Shown here: positions 40,496-50,799 of the stretch, in pieces
How the letters are laid out: the number at the start of each line of letters is the position of its first letter
Position numbering within the stretch: the first letter of the stretch is position 1
DNA from: Spirochaetia bacterium
GTDB lineage: Bacteria > Spirochaetota > Spirochaetia > WTKD01 > G963693115
Length of the DNA stretch: 64,000 bases
Assembly: GCA_963693115.1 (NCBI GenBank)
Contig: OY843750.1
Location: forward strand, 1,295,556-1,359,555
Reading direction: 5' to 3'
The notes under the pieces: model-generated
Seen by the model: only the letters and a program-made list of their open reading frames with translations
What the model was told of the DNA's origin: nothing
The model's database searches: none
Made by a program: the position numbers and the translations under genes

Positions 40496-41142
40496 GTTTT
40501 TAGTGTATCACATTGTTTTGATTGTTTGAGAAAACAGAGTGGAGCAAAACTCAACCTATGCAGAGGACTTGGTCCGTAGTCTTGTAATGCACGCACATGC
40601 AGAGAAGTGGGATACCCTTTATTTTTTTTGAGTCTATACTCTGGGTAGATTACATCATAGTCTCTCATGCTTGCGTCCCTGTATACCTTTGCGATGATGG
40701 AGGCGGCCTGTATTTCGGGTATTATTGTATCTCCTTTTGCAATGGAGCACACCGAAATATTATCATGAGCTTTGGTAAATGGCGAAAATATACCGTCTAC
40801 CAGCACAAGATAGTGTACAGCGTAGAGGCTACGGGTCATGCGTAAAAGCGCTCTTCTCATGGCAAGCAAACTGGCATTGTGAATATTGTACGTGTCTATT
40901 TCTTGTGCAGATGCGAGTCCCACAGTATGCATACATTGGTTGCTATCACGCAGTTGTGCAAGGCATGTCTCCCTTTTCTTTTCTGACAGGGACTTAGAGT
41001 CTGCAAGATCTAACGCATCACTTGGTCGTGTTGTAAAGCTCACACAGGATGCGTATACAGGACCAAAAATACAGCCTCTTCCTACTTCGTCTACGCCACA
41101 AATTACTGACTTATGCCGTTTTTGTTTTACGAAACTGTCCAT
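40492..41142 (-). CDS. rnhB: Ribonuclease HII
   Basis: GVDEVGRG, DSKSL, KGD, AASIIAKV.RD, KGYPT, HRLSF; ATG 41142 preferred. Confidence 0.95.
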   Translation of the reverse strand: MDSFVKQKRHKSVICGVDEVGRGCIFGPVYASCVSFTTRPSDALDLADSKSLSEKKRETCLAQLRDSNQCMHTVGLASAQEIDTYNIHNASLLAMRRALLRMTRSLYAVHYLVLVDGIFSPFTKAHDNISVCSIAKGDTIIPEIQAASIIAKVYRDASMRDYDVIYPEYRLKKNKGYPTSLHVRALQDYGPSPLHRLSFAPLCFLKQSKQCDTLKT

Positions 41143-41161
41143 ACATACTATAATATTCGTA

Positions 41162-43921
41162 ATGTATCTTTCAGGCATGGAACTCTATGGGTTCAAGTCA
41201 TTTTTGCAACGTACCCAAATTTCTTTTGACGAACACTTCAATGTCATTGTCGGTCCAAATGGGTGTGGTAAGAGCAATATTGTCGATGCAGTTCGCTGGG
41301 TACTAGGAGATCAAAGCCCAAAAGCCTTACGGCTTACCAACATGGACAGCGTCATCTTTAGTGGAACACAAAATCTTGCACCTTTGAACGTTGCTGAAGT
41401 AAGTCTATTTTTTAAGGGAACAAACGAAACGCTCTACGATACGTTTTCAGAAATATCGATTACTCGTAGACTTTTTCGCAGTTCTACGAGTGAATATTTT
41501 TTTAATAAAAAACTGGTCTTGCTTAAAGAGCTCAAATCTATCTGTGCTAATCTGGGTATTACGTCTATAGCGTATTCGGTAATTAGCCAAGGAAGGGTAG
41601 ACAAGATACTTGAGAGCAACCCAGACGAACGACGACTTTTTTTAGAAGAAGCAGCAGGTATCGCTCCTTTTCTTTTGCGAAGGCAAGAAGCACTTACAAA
41701 ATTAGAGCGGACAAAAGAAAACCTTGATGTAGTGTTTCCCTCACTAAAGGATAAAGATAAACGACTACACGAACTCAGAGCGCAAATGCAGTCTGCTAAA
41801 GAATACAAATCACTTTTACAGCAAGAGAAAGAACTTCATATTGTTCTTGCTCTCAAACAACACAGTCTCCTTTTGCAAAAACAAGTAGCATTGGACGAAC
41901 GCCTTGCGCAAGAAGAAGTAAAAATGGGAGTACTCAATCAAAACATTGAGGAGAAGGATAAGGAGCGTTCTGAGATACAGGACGCTATCAATGTACTCAT
42001 AACCCAAGGACGAGAAAAAGAACAAAAATTGCTTACCGTAGTTAATTCTTCTATCACCCAAAAAGAACTCATAGGGAGCATAGAACGACAACTCATTGAC
42101 AATATTGAACAGCGTGCTATGCAAGAGCAAGTTCGCCTATCCTATCAGGAAAGTCTCAAAAAACTTAAAGATGAAACCAAAGCCCTTGAGCAGTCACATC
42201 GTGATGAAAAAACACAGCAGGATGTATACACAAAAAAATTACAGAGCATACAAAAGCACATACAGAAAATTCAACAACGTGCTCAGCAGATAAAACGGCA
42301 TAGTGAAGAATGCCAAGCAAGCATAGAAACACTCAATAACACTATTATCAAAAAACAAGATGAACTCAAAGAAGCGCTTGAGGCACTCGCACTTGAGGTA
42401 GATTCTACGATAGGTCCGTCTGTTGATGGTGAACATGCAGAAACCTTGGGAGATTTGCAAGAGAGTCAAAAAGCACTCAGTGATGCGGTACTCTGCATAC
42501 GAAAGGTGTGCAAAGAACTCCAACATAGAAGAGCTGATCCTGTAGCTGATGATGCACGCTTTGCTAAGCTCCTCGATGCTCTTGAACATATAGAAACCAT
42601 AAAAGATGGGCATATAGCACAGCTATACAGGTGTGTGACGAGTCTCATTAGAAAAACCGGACCACTGGCACTCAAGAGACGGCTTGATACCGATATAGAA
42701 ACCCTCGTACGCACTCGCGAGAAAAAAAATGAACAGAGAAAGCACTATCATATTGAAAGCGCAGATCTAGAAGAACAAGAAAAACTCCTTACAAGAGAAT
42801 ACCACCAGAGAGAGTATGAAAAGGTAAAGTGTGAGCAGAACATCCAGCATACAACTGACAAAATACGTGATGTATCTTCTCAAATACGTACCATAGAGGA
42901 GCAGTACCAGGTTCACAACGATGGAATTACACGATCGGATGAGCGAAACACACAGCTAAGAGATGAAAAAAATCGCCGTGAAACTCTACTAAAAGAATAC
43001 GAGGATACGCAAAAAAAAGTAGAACGTGACATTGCACAAAATAGCGTAGCAGTTGCACGCCTAGAAAAAAAATCAAAGAAAATTGCAACTTCTTACGACT
43101 TGCTTATACTCAAAAGGGAGGGGTACAGGAAAGAACAATCTAAGCTCACACTCGCAGTCCATGAACAAAAAACAAAAATAGAACTAGTACTCAAAAACTT
43201 TTATACCAATCATTCTACGCATCTCCTCAGCCATAAAGACTATGGAAAGAGCGAGCTATATAAGCAACATAGTACACCACAACTTGAATCCAAGTTATTA
43301 AAAGTAAAACAAGCAATAAAAAGTTTTGGGCAAGTAAACCTCCTTGCAGAAGAAGAGCACGTGACTCTAGAAGAAGAATGCAAATCGCTCCAAGCACAAA
43401 TACACGACATAGAAACAGCACGGACTGACTTGTTTGAACTTCTTGATCGTATTAATGAGGAGTCAAGGGTCATTCTCAACAAGACACTGGAACACGTAAA
43501 CAGTAAGTTTAGTGAGTTATTTACACTCATATTTAATGGGGGGCGCGCACGGCTATTTTTTATAGGCTCTGATGACCCCCTTAGCGCAGGATTAGAGATA
43601 GAAGCCTCGCCTGCAAAGAAAAAAACAAAGAATCTCTCCATGCTATCCGGTGGAGAACGCACACTTTTGGCAATAGCGCTCCTATGTGCCCTGCATTCCA
43701 TAAAGCCAGCTCCCGTAGTACTATTTGATGAGCTGGATGCGCCACTTGACGATCAAAATGTAGATAGGTTTATACAGTTATTGTATACTTTTAAGAGTAG
43801 TTGTCAATTTATTCTAGTAAGCCATAACAAAAAGACTATTGCACAGGGTCGCAAGATCGTTGGAATAACCATGCAAGAGGCAGGAGTGAGTTCGTTGCTA
43901 GAAGTAGACATCTCAAAATAG
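41162..43921 (+). CDS. smc: Chromosome segregation protein SMC (short form, ~919 aa)
   Basis: MYL...GFKSF, GPNGCGKSN, ISQG, LSGGE, DELDAPLD; start ATG 41162. Confidence 0.93.
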   Translation: MYLSGMELYGFKSFLQRTQISFDEHFNVIVGPNGCGKSNIVDAVRWVLGDQSPKALRLTNMDSVIFSGTQNLAPLNVAEVSLFFKGTNETLYDTFSEISITRRLFRSSTSEYFFNKKLVLLKELKSICANLGITSIAYSVISQGRVDKILESNPDERRLFLEEAAGIAPFLLRRQEALTKLERTKENLDVVFPSLKDKDKRLHELRAQMQSAKEYKSLLQQEKELHIVLALKQHSLLLQKQVALDERLAQEEVKMGVLNQNIEEKDKERSEIQDAINVLITQGREKEQKLLTVVNSSITQKELIGSIERQLIDNIEQRAMQEQVRLSYQESLKKLKDETKALEQSHRDEKTQQDVYTKKLQSIQKHIQKIQQRAQQIKRHSEECQASIETLNNTIIKKQDELKEALEALALEVDSTIGPSVDGEHAETLGDLQESQKALSDAVLCIRKVCKELQHRRADPVADDARFAKLLDALEHIETIKDGHIAQLYRCVTSLIRKTGPLALKRRLDTDIETLVRTREKKNEQRKHYHIESADLEEQEKLLTREYHQREYEKVKCEQNIQHTTDKIRDVSSQIRTIEEQYQVHNDGITRSDERNTQLRDEKNRRETLLKEYEDTQKKVERDIAQNSVAVARLEKKSKKIATSYDLLILKREGYRKEQSKLTLAVHEQKTKIELVLKNFYTNHSTHLLSHKDYGKSELYKQHSTPQLESKLLKVKQAIKSFGQVNLLAEEEHVTLEEECKSLQAQIHDIETARTDLFELLDRINEESRVILNKTLEHVNSKFSELFTLIFNGGRARLFFIGSDDPLSAGLEIEASPAKKKTKNLSMLSGGERTLLAIALLCALHSIKPAPVVLFDELDAPLDDQNVDRFIQLLYTFKSSCQFILVSHNKKTIAQGRKIVGITMQEAGVSSLLEVDISK

Positions 43922-43925
43922 CTAT

Positions 43926-44255
43926 ATGCGTGTTATACCACTAACTAACATCCTATACTATGGTTTTACTCTTATATGCATAATGAGTCTTATTGGATGC
44001 AGAACAAAGGAAGATTTCGTTAAAAACCCTTCTGATACCATAGCAAACCCTCCTTCCTTAGACGAATACTACTATCTTCCTAGCCCAAGCGAGTATATTC
44101 TCAATGTGCTTCCTCGTATTATTGAAGAAAACCAAGACGAATTGATTGAAGAATTGCTTTACAACCCCGACATCAATCTCAAAGAAGAAGTTTATGAATA
44201 TTTTGAGCAAAAGAGCAAAAAAGCAATAGGCGAAATTTTTCAAATGCTCCCATGA
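43926..44255 (+). CDS. Small hypothetical lipoprotein
   Basis: Hydrophobic N-terminus ending SLIG-C. Confidence 0.65.
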   Translation: MRVIPLTNILYYGFTLICIMSLIGCRTKEDFVKNPSDTIANPPSLDEYYYLPSPSEYILNVLPRIIEENQDELIEELLYNPDINLKEEVYEYFEQKSKKAIGEIFQMLP

Positions 44256-44277
44256 TTGTTGATACGGCACATATTTC

Positions 44278-46020
44278 ATGAATACTAACAGTACTATTGA
44301 TCCGACCTCAGGCGATTCGACTATGGGCGATTCGACTATGGGCGATCCGACCACAAATAAGTGTGCACTCCTTTCGGTCTATGATAAGACGGGCTTGGTT
44401 GAATTGGCGCACGTGCTTATTCGTCATGGATTTTGCCTTGTTGCCTCGGCAGGTACGAATGATTATTTACAAGAACATAACATTCCTGTGCGTGAAATAC
44501 GTGATATAACAGGGCATCCTCCACTATTAAAGGGGCGTATAAAGACATTACACCCCAGTATCTACACAGGAATACTCTCAACAGAAGACAAAGAAGACAT
44601 GAGAGATAGAGAGGGGCATAATTTTTTGCTTTTTGATCTCGTAGTGGTACGACCCTATCCATTTGAAGAACATGCACTAAAGAGCAAAAGCCACGATGAA
44701 TTACTGGAGTATATTGACATAGGGGGAATTTCACTGATACGGGCAGCTGCGAAGAACTATAAGCGTGTAGGAATAATAACGCATGCAAAGCAGTACCAAA
44801 CCCTTATTGATCAGCTTGAGACTACAGGGCAGCTAGACGATGGCACCCGACAATCTTTTGCAGCTGCTGCGTATATGCTTACAAGCCAATATGATGCCAG
44901 CATAGCACAATATTTTTCAGATCGTATACAGTCTCAAGCACACACTACAAAGGCTGATGCACTGGTACCAAAGACCCCAATGCTACAGCACCAGCAGTTA
45001 TCTCTCGTTAAACAGTATGACTTACGATACGGTGAAAATCCCCATCAAAATGCAGCCTTGTATAATCCTATAAACGCCACTGCTACATTTGACCAAAAAT
45101 ATAAAAAATTATCAGGTAAAGACTTATCCTATAACAACATACTCGATCTTACGCATGCAGTATCTGGAATTACCCATATTGAAAATCAATGTAGCCTATC
45201 CACGCAAGCCTACGTTTGTGTAGGTGTCAAACATCAAAACATCTGCGGTGCCTGTGTACAGCATGAACATCCAAAAAATGTGCTTGCACAGTGTATACAA
45301 TGCGATCCCGTGTCAATATTTGGAGGAATACTTGTAAGCAATTTTGAAATTGGTTATGATGAAGCTACTATAGTAAAGAACATCTTTTTAGAAATTATAG
45401 TAGCCCCATCATTTTCGCAAGAAGCACTCAACATCCTTAAGAGAAAGAAAAAACTAATCCTCATAGAATACCATTCCAATACTGAGAACTCACACAAGCA
45501 TAGGACAGATACGACTGTCACGAGGCATCAAAAGCACACCACGCTTATACCCATTCGGGGAACTTTATCATATCTGATTCAGGATACAAATACACATGTT
45601 TTACAAAAAGATGCCTTGCAATGTGTAACGAAAACCCCCGCAAGTGAAAGAGAAACTGAACTACTCCTCTTTGCCACTGCGGTATGTAGTCATGTAAAAT
45701 CCAATGCAATAGTATTGGCTGCCTATAAAAACTCTTGCTATAGCGTCATTGGGGTTGGTTCGGGTCAAATGAATAGAATAGCGGCGGTACAACAGGCATG
45801 CACTCAGGCGCAAAAGAGTCATAGTGATCTAATTGAAGGAGCAGTAATGTCTTCTGATGCTTTTTTTCCTATGGATGACTCAGTGTCCTATGCAGGCGAT
45901 AGGGGTATACGTGCAGTCTTACAACCTGGTGGGTCAATAAGAGACAAAGATTCAATAGCAGCCTGCAATGAGCGTGGAATGGCGATGCTTATGTCAGGAA
46001 TACGGTACTTTTTACACTAA
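44278..46020 (+). CDS. purH: Bifunctional AICAR formyltransferase/IMP cyclohydrolase
   Basis: ALLSVYDKTG, GRIKTLHP, IDIGG, LRYGENPHQ, SDAFFP, QPGGSIRD. Confidence 0.96.
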   Translation: MNTNSTIDPTSGDSTMGDSTMGDPTTNKCALLSVYDKTGLVELAHVLIRHGFCLVASAGTNDYLQEHNIPVREIRDITGHPPLLKGRIKTLHPSIYTGILSTEDKEDMRDREGHNFLLFDLVVVRPYPFEEHALKSKSHDELLEYIDIGGISLIRAAAKNYKRVGIITHAKQYQTLIDQLETTGQLDDGTRQSFAAAAYMLTSQYDASIAQYFSDRIQSQAHTTKADALVPKTPMLQHQQLSLVKQYDLRYGENPHQNAALYNPINATATFDQKYKKLSGKDLSYNNILDLTHAVSGITHIENQCSLSTQAYVCVGVKHQNICGACVQHEHPKNVLAQCIQCDPVSIFGGILVSNFEIGYDEATIVKNIFLEIIVAPSFSQEALNILKRKKKLILIEYHSNTENSHKHRTDTTVTRHQKHTTLIPIRGTLSYLIQDTNTHVLQKDALQCVTKTPASERETELLLFATAVCSHVKSNAIVLAAYKNSCYSVIGVGSGQMNRIAAVQQACTQAQKSHSDLIEGAVMSSDAFFPMDDSVSYAGDRGIRAVLQPGGSIRDKDSIAACNERGMAMLMSGIRYFLH

Positions 46021-46027
46021 AACAATC

Positions 46028-47371
46028 ATGTTTGAAAATTTAAGAAATCAATTTACAGGAATAATCAAGTTTTTTTCAGGCAATAAGAAGCTAACGGAAA
46101 AAAACATACAAGAAAGCGTTGAAAAGATAAAAGACGCACTCATTTCGGCAGACGTCAATATACGGGTTGTTCGTCGCTTTATAAATTCTGTGGTAGAAAA
46201 AGCAAAGGGAACAGAGACGCTGGCTTCAGCAAACCCAGGTCAACAGTTTACAAAAATAATGAACGATTGTATTATCGAGCAGTTAGGAAGCGATTCAACC
46301 GACATAGATCTAAAAGGAAACCCTGCTATTATTCTCCTCATGGGAAACCAAGGGTCAGGAAAGACAACCACTGTAGCAAAGCTTGCAGGTCGCTATAAAG
46401 ACATGCACCGCAGTGTAGCAATGCTAGGCATAGACACACAGCGACCAGCTGCCTTGCAACAGCTAAAAAGTCTCGGAAAAGAATTAGATATACCCGTATA
46501 TCCGCATACAGAGACGCCATTCAGCAACGCGTCTGCTGCTCTCAAACAAGGCTTATACGAAGCAAAAAAAGATTCCAAAGAACTCATTATTCTAGACAGC
46601 GCTGGTCGTACCGAAACTGACCAAGCACTTCTTGACGAATTGAAAGAGATTCATGCACAAACAAAAGCGCATGCTCGGATACTGGTAATTGACTCAATGA
46701 TAGGGCAAAGTGCTGTAGATTTGGCAAGGCAATTTGATGGGGTTGTTCCACTTACGGGGCTTATTCTTACCAAGGCAGACTCGGACGCAAAGGGGGGAGC
46801 ACTCTTAAGCATTAAGAGTATGCTAGATATTCCCGTACACTTTTTAGGAACTGGAGAAAAACTCGAAGATTTTGAGGTATTTCACCCCGAACGCATTGGT
46901 GCTCAAATACTTGGTATGGGGGACGTTGTGTCCTTGGTCGAAAAAGTTCAGCAAAAAGTTGACGAAGTGCAGGCAAAAAAGTTAGAAAAAAAAATTATAT
47001 CTGAGCGGTTTACCCTTGAAGATTATCTTGAACAGTTCCAACAGCTACAAGACATGGGTAGCATCGAAAAAATCAAAGAATATCTTCCGACTGATATGCA
47101 ATATCAAGCAAAAGAAATTGATGAAAAAAAAATACGTTCCGAAGAAGCAATTATTTTATCCATGACTTATGGGGAAAGGATGAACCATAAAATCATTGGA
47201 AGTTCACGACGTGCGCGCATAGCGCGAGGAAGCGGTACTTCTGTTGCACAGGTACATCGCCTCATAAAAAATTTTGAAAAAACTAAACTCACCATGAAAA
47301 AAATGCTCAAAAACAAGCGAAAATTTGGCATTGATACTGCTACGCTTTCTGATGGCCCTATGCCACAATAA
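46028..47371 (+). CDS. ffh: Signal recognition particle protein Ffh
   Basis: G.QGSGKTT, DSAGR, DAKGG, ILGMGDV, RIARGSG; ATG 46028. Confidence 0.96.
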   Translation: MFENLRNQFTGIIKFFSGNKKLTEKNIQESVEKIKDALISADVNIRVVRRFINSVVEKAKGTETLASANPGQQFTKIMNDCIIEQLGSDSTDIDLKGNPAIILLMGNQGSGKTTTVAKLAGRYKDMHRSVAMLGIDTQRPAALQQLKSLGKELDIPVYPHTETPFSNASAALKQGLYEAKKDSKELIILDSAGRTETDQALLDELKEIHAQTKAHARILVIDSMIGQSAVDLARQFDGVVPLTGLILTKADSDAKGGALLSIKSMLDIPVHFLGTGEKLEDFEVFHPERIGAQILGMGDVVSLVEKVQQKVDEVQAKKLEKKIISERFTLEDYLEQFQQLQDMGSIEKIKEYLPTDMQYQAKEIDEKKIRSEEAIILSMTYGERMNHKIIGSSRRARIARGSGTSVAQVHRLIKNFEKTKLTMKKMLKNKRKFGIDTATLSDGPMPQ

Positions 47372-47427
47372 TGTAGGGGCTTGATTTTTTTTTTATATTT
47401 CTTTATACTACAATATAGGTTATTCAT

Positions 47428-47682
47428 ATGGTAAAAATGCGCCTTAGGAAACAAGGCAAAAAAAGACAAGCATCTTACAGGATTGTAGTGTGTGATGCCC
47501 GAAAAAGCAGAGACGGCACGTATATTGAGCAAATTGGATCATACCATCCTCTTATAAAGAATGGTGAAAATTCAAATATTGATGCTGAAAGAGCACGATA
47601 TTGGTTGTCAAAGGGAACAAAACCAACAGATACGGTAAAGAGAATACTAAACAAGAATAACATTTACCTTAAGCGTAAATAG
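47428..47682 (+). CDS. rpsP: 30S ribosomal protein S16
   Basis: VKMRL, YRIVV.D, RDG..IE..G.Y.P. Confidence 0.96.
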   Translation: MVKMRLRKQGKKRQASYRIVVCDARKSRDGTYIEQIGSYHPLIKNGENSNIDAERARYWLSKGTKPTDTVKRILNKNNIYLKRK

Positions 47683-47695
47683 GAGGAAAGTTATT

Positions 47696-47929
47696 ATGGA
47701 AAAGGATTTTGTCGAATATGTAGCAAAATCTCTTGTAGATGAGCCCGAAAAAGTTGTGGTGAGTGAGATTGTAGGCAGAATGTCAGTCATTTTGGAACTA
47801 AGTGTTGCTCCCGATGACATAGGTAAGATAATTGGCAAAGGAGGCAGAATAGCACGATCTATTAGATTACTTCTTGGAGCCATAGCTTCAAAAACAGGAA
47901 AAAGAATCACGCTACATATACTCGACTAG
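47696..47929 (+). CDS. khpA: KH-domain RNA-binding protein (KhpA/YlqC family)
   Basis: D.GKIIGKGGR; located between rpsP and rimM. Confidence 0.9.
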   Translation: MEKDFVEYVAKSLVDEPEKVVVSEIVGRMSVILELSVAPDDIGKIIGKGGRIARSIRLLLGAIASKTGKRITLHILD

Positions 47930-47971
47930 GGTATCCATTAGTGTATTATCCCTCCTGTCTTTTACTATCTC

Positions 47972-48553
47972 ATGAACATGGTAGCTTATCGTGATTACTA
48001 TTGCATTGCCAAACTAGGAAAAACCTATGGGTATAAGGGGTATCTGCATGTCTCATTCTATTCTGAAACATCCTATACACTTAGCGGTGTTACTGTACTA
48101 TGTTCTTGTTCAAAATCGTACCCCTCTCAATCGGAGACTTATACGATAGAGGATATTCAGAAAAGTCCGTATACCACTTCTTCCAATGCATCACATGGCT
48201 TCGTGCCACGTATAAGTGCTCATAGTACGGTAAAGCTACGCGAGATTCCAAATAAAGAAGTTGCTAGTTCGTTGGTTAACAGCTATATGTTTGTCTCAAA
48301 GCAAGATCTGCCTCCTAGAAAAAGCGAAGAATATTTTCTTCACGAACTTATAGGGCTTACGGTACACTCTCAAAGTAACGAACAATTAGGAATAATAGTT
48401 GGTGTAGTCACGACTATGACTCCTGTTCTCCTAGAGATACAATGGAGCGAATCTGGGCGTACGAGCTATATTCCGTTTATAAAGGAGTATTTTTCTGAAG
48501 TTCAAAAAAAATCGTCATCTCTGTTACTTTACATGCCCGAACTAAAAATATGA
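47972..48553 (+). CDS. rimM: Ribosome maturation factor RimM
   Basis: G..YG.KG, DLP....EYF..ELIGL.V, IPF; synteny. Confidence 0.88.
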   Translation: MNMVAYRDYYCIAKLGKTYGYKGYLHVSFYSETSYTLSGVTVLCSCSKSYPSQSETYTIEDIQKSPYTTSSNASHGFVPRISAHSTVKLREIPNKEVASSLVNSYMFVSKQDLPPRKSEEYFLHELIGLTVHSQSNEQLGIIVGVVTTMTPVLLEIQWSESGRTSYIPFIKEYFSEVQKKSSSLLLYMPELKI

Positions 48554-49221
48554 CTCATATTACATGCCTATGCATGTTTCCTGAAATCATTGAGCGCTTT
48601 TCGCAGGTGTCATTGATGAGCAAAGGAGCTCGGGAACAAAAGATTAAAATCGACACCATTGACATAAAAAAGACCCAAAATGAGCAAAATATCCATGTAG
48701 ATGATGCTCCTTACGGTGGCGGTAGTGGACAGATTATTCGGGCAGATTACTTGAAACATGCCTTTGATAAAATTGGTGGTGTACGTCCATATGTCTTGTT
48801 TCCACGACCCGCTGCGCCAGTATTGAGCCAAGATGATCTTTCCCGTTTTTCGAGGTACGCCCATATTGCTATCGTGTGTGGGCGTTATGAAGGGATAGAC
48901 GAACGGTTTTGTCTTAACTACGTAGATGAGGTCATTTCTTTGGGGGAATATGTATTTTCGTCGGGAGAGACAGCAGCAATGGTGCTCATCGAAGGAATAT
49001 ATAGGCTAATTCCCGGATCAATTAATTCGGAATCGCTAAAAAATGAGAGTTATGCAAAATCTCACTTACTTGAATACCCACAATACACGCGGCCACCCGT
49101 ATTTGAGGGCATGGAGGTTCCGCAGGTACTCAGTTCGGGACATCACGCTCGTATACGCGAATGGCAAAAGAAACAATCAATCAGTACGACTATTCGATAC
49201 CAACCCCATATAATGCAATAA
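48550..49221 (+). CDS. trmD: tRNA (guanine37-N1) methyltransferase
   Basis: VDDAPYGGG, CGRYEGIDER, LEYPQYTRP. Confidence 0.96.
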   Translation: MTHITCLCMFPEIIERFSQVSLMSKGAREQKIKIDTIDIKKTQNEQNIHVDDAPYGGGSGQIIRADYLKHAFDKIGGVRPYVLFPRPAAPVLSQDDLSRFSRYAHIAIVCGRYEGIDERFCLNYVDEVISLGEYVFSSGETAAMVLIEGIYRLIPGSINSESLKNESYAKSHLLEYPQYTRPPVFEGMEVPQVLSSGHHARIREWQKKQSISTTIRYQPHIMQ

Positions 49222-49291
49222 CACTATAGAATAGTATTGACACCATCGTCTAATGCATAGTGCTATTATACAAATCGTGTATAATAAATAA

Positions 49292-49690
49292 ATGACCAAA
49301 CCGATAACTTCGCTAGTAGAAAACAAACAATTAAAGCAAGAGCAAAGTCTAGTCAGGCCAGGCGACAGAGTGATTGTACACGTTCGTATTATTGAGGGTG
49401 AAAGTGAAAGAACGCAGCTCTTTGAGGGGCTTGTCATTTCACAGTCTGGATCTTCCGTAAAGCAAACTATTACTGTCAGAAAAATTTCCTATGGAATTGG
49501 TGTTGAGCGAATTTTTCCTATTCACTCTCCTCGTGTCACAAAAATTGAGATTATTCAAAAAGGAAAAGTAAGGCGAGCAAAATTATTTTATCTCAGAAAG
49601 AGAGTTGGTAAAGCAGCTTTGAAAGTTAAGATCAAGCACCAGAGTAGCCAATCAAATAGCAAACTTACAAAGCCAAGTGTTCAGCAATAA
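49292..49690 (+). CDS. rplS: 50S ribosomal protein L19
   Basis: PGD.V.VH, TVRKISYGIGVER.FP, GKVRRAKLFYLR. Confidence 0.97.
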   Translation: MTKPITSLVENKQLKQEQSLVRPGDRVIVHVRIIEGESERTQLFEGLVISQSGSSVKQTITVRKISYGIGVERIFPIHSPRVTKIEIIQKGKVRRAKLFYLRKRVGKAALKVKIKHQSSQSNSKLTKPSVQQ

Positions 49691-49782
49691 AAACTATGAG
49701 GCAAGACTTTAGAAGCATCAGTTGTTTGTATAAATTGCCAATTTAGTTAAGAAGAATAGTTTAGTTAAGAAGACCAATTTAG

Positions 49783-50784
49783 TTAAGAAGAATAGTGCTG
49801 AGCTAATAGCGCAGCCCCATAGCATGCTTCGAAAGGCGGGATGTATAGTGTCTTTTTAAGATCATGAGGCATTGAGCTTTTTAGAGCTTCAAACATATGG
49901 GTGCTTGTAATAAGCGATCCAGTAGTGTAGACTCTGATTGAAATTTTTTCTCGTTGTAGTGTCTTTATTTTTGCCATTGCACGTTTGTATTCATCTATGT
50001 GAGCGTGTATTTGTGTACACCATTCATTAATGGTTTGATTGAGTATTGTTTGTATGCCTTGTGCACAATATGCTGACGCATCGTTCTGAGTTGTATGTGT
50101 GTGACTCCATTCTATAAAAAAAGGGCAAAGTGCCGCTATTTTTTCTCTGTAGTTAGGATCTTTGTAAACATAGTCTATGAGACTTTGATTGTGCGTCAGT
50201 CCAATGTAGTGCAGGGTATCCTTGAGAAGTCCTGTATTTGATTCCAGTTCGGCATTGCGTATGGCAAGTCGTAGTGATTGGTGTGCTACCCAATAGGCGC
50301 CGCCCATGTCATCAATGATATGCCCCCATCCACTTTTTCTTTGTATACCAGTTGGTTCAGAACAAGAAAAGGAGATGATACCTGTACCGGCAATGACTAG
50401 GATGACGAGATCGAGTATATCCTTGCCTTGGTGTTGATTCCATAGCGTTCTGAGAAGACACTCTCCTTCGTTAATGACGTGTACGGTGGGTTCCACTGAA
50501 AATTTTGCCAATGGTCCGTTAAGAATGGTCTTATAGGATTGGATATAATCAGGAGTATCAGCGCCAGCGCTTGAGAACATAACATAAACGGGAGTAGCAT
50601 CTTGGAGTTCGTGGAGTGTTTCAAAAAGCTGTGAAATATTTTTTTTAACACGTGCTTCGCTTACACTAGTGAGGTTGACAGAGCCCGCATTAGTTCTCGC
50701 TATTTCTTTTCCATTATGATCTATAGCAGAAAGCCTTGAATTTGATCCTCCGCCGTCTATTCCAATATATAGCTTTTTCTTCAT
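49783..50784 (-). CDS. BadF/BadG/BcrA/BcrD ATPase (N-acetylglucosamine kinase-like)
   Basis: GIDGGGS, IAGTG, GWGHIIDD.G.AYW, GAALLA. Confidence 0.82.
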   Translation of the reverse strand: MKKKLYIGIDGGGSNSRLSAIDHNGKEIARTNAGSVNLTSVSEARVKKNISQLFETLHELQDATPVYVMFSSAGADTPDYIQSYKTILNGPLAKFSVEPTVHVINEGECLLRTLWNQHQGKDILDLVILVIAGTGIISFSCSEPTGIQRKSGWGHIIDDMGGAYWVAHQSLRLAIRNAELESNTGLLKDTLHYIGLTHNQSLIDYVYKDPNYREKIAALCPFFIEWSHTHTTQNDASAYCAQGIQTILNQTINEWCTQIHAHIDEYKRAMAKIKTLQREKISIRVYTTGSLITSTHMFEALKSSMPHDLKKTLYIPPFEACYGAALLAQHYSS

Positions 50785-50799
50785 AGAATGGCTCCCTTA

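Noticed and set aside
40886-41161. 92-aa N-terminal extension of SMC in the ORF track
   Set aside because: Overlaps rnhB on the other strand; SMC homology starts at ATG 41162
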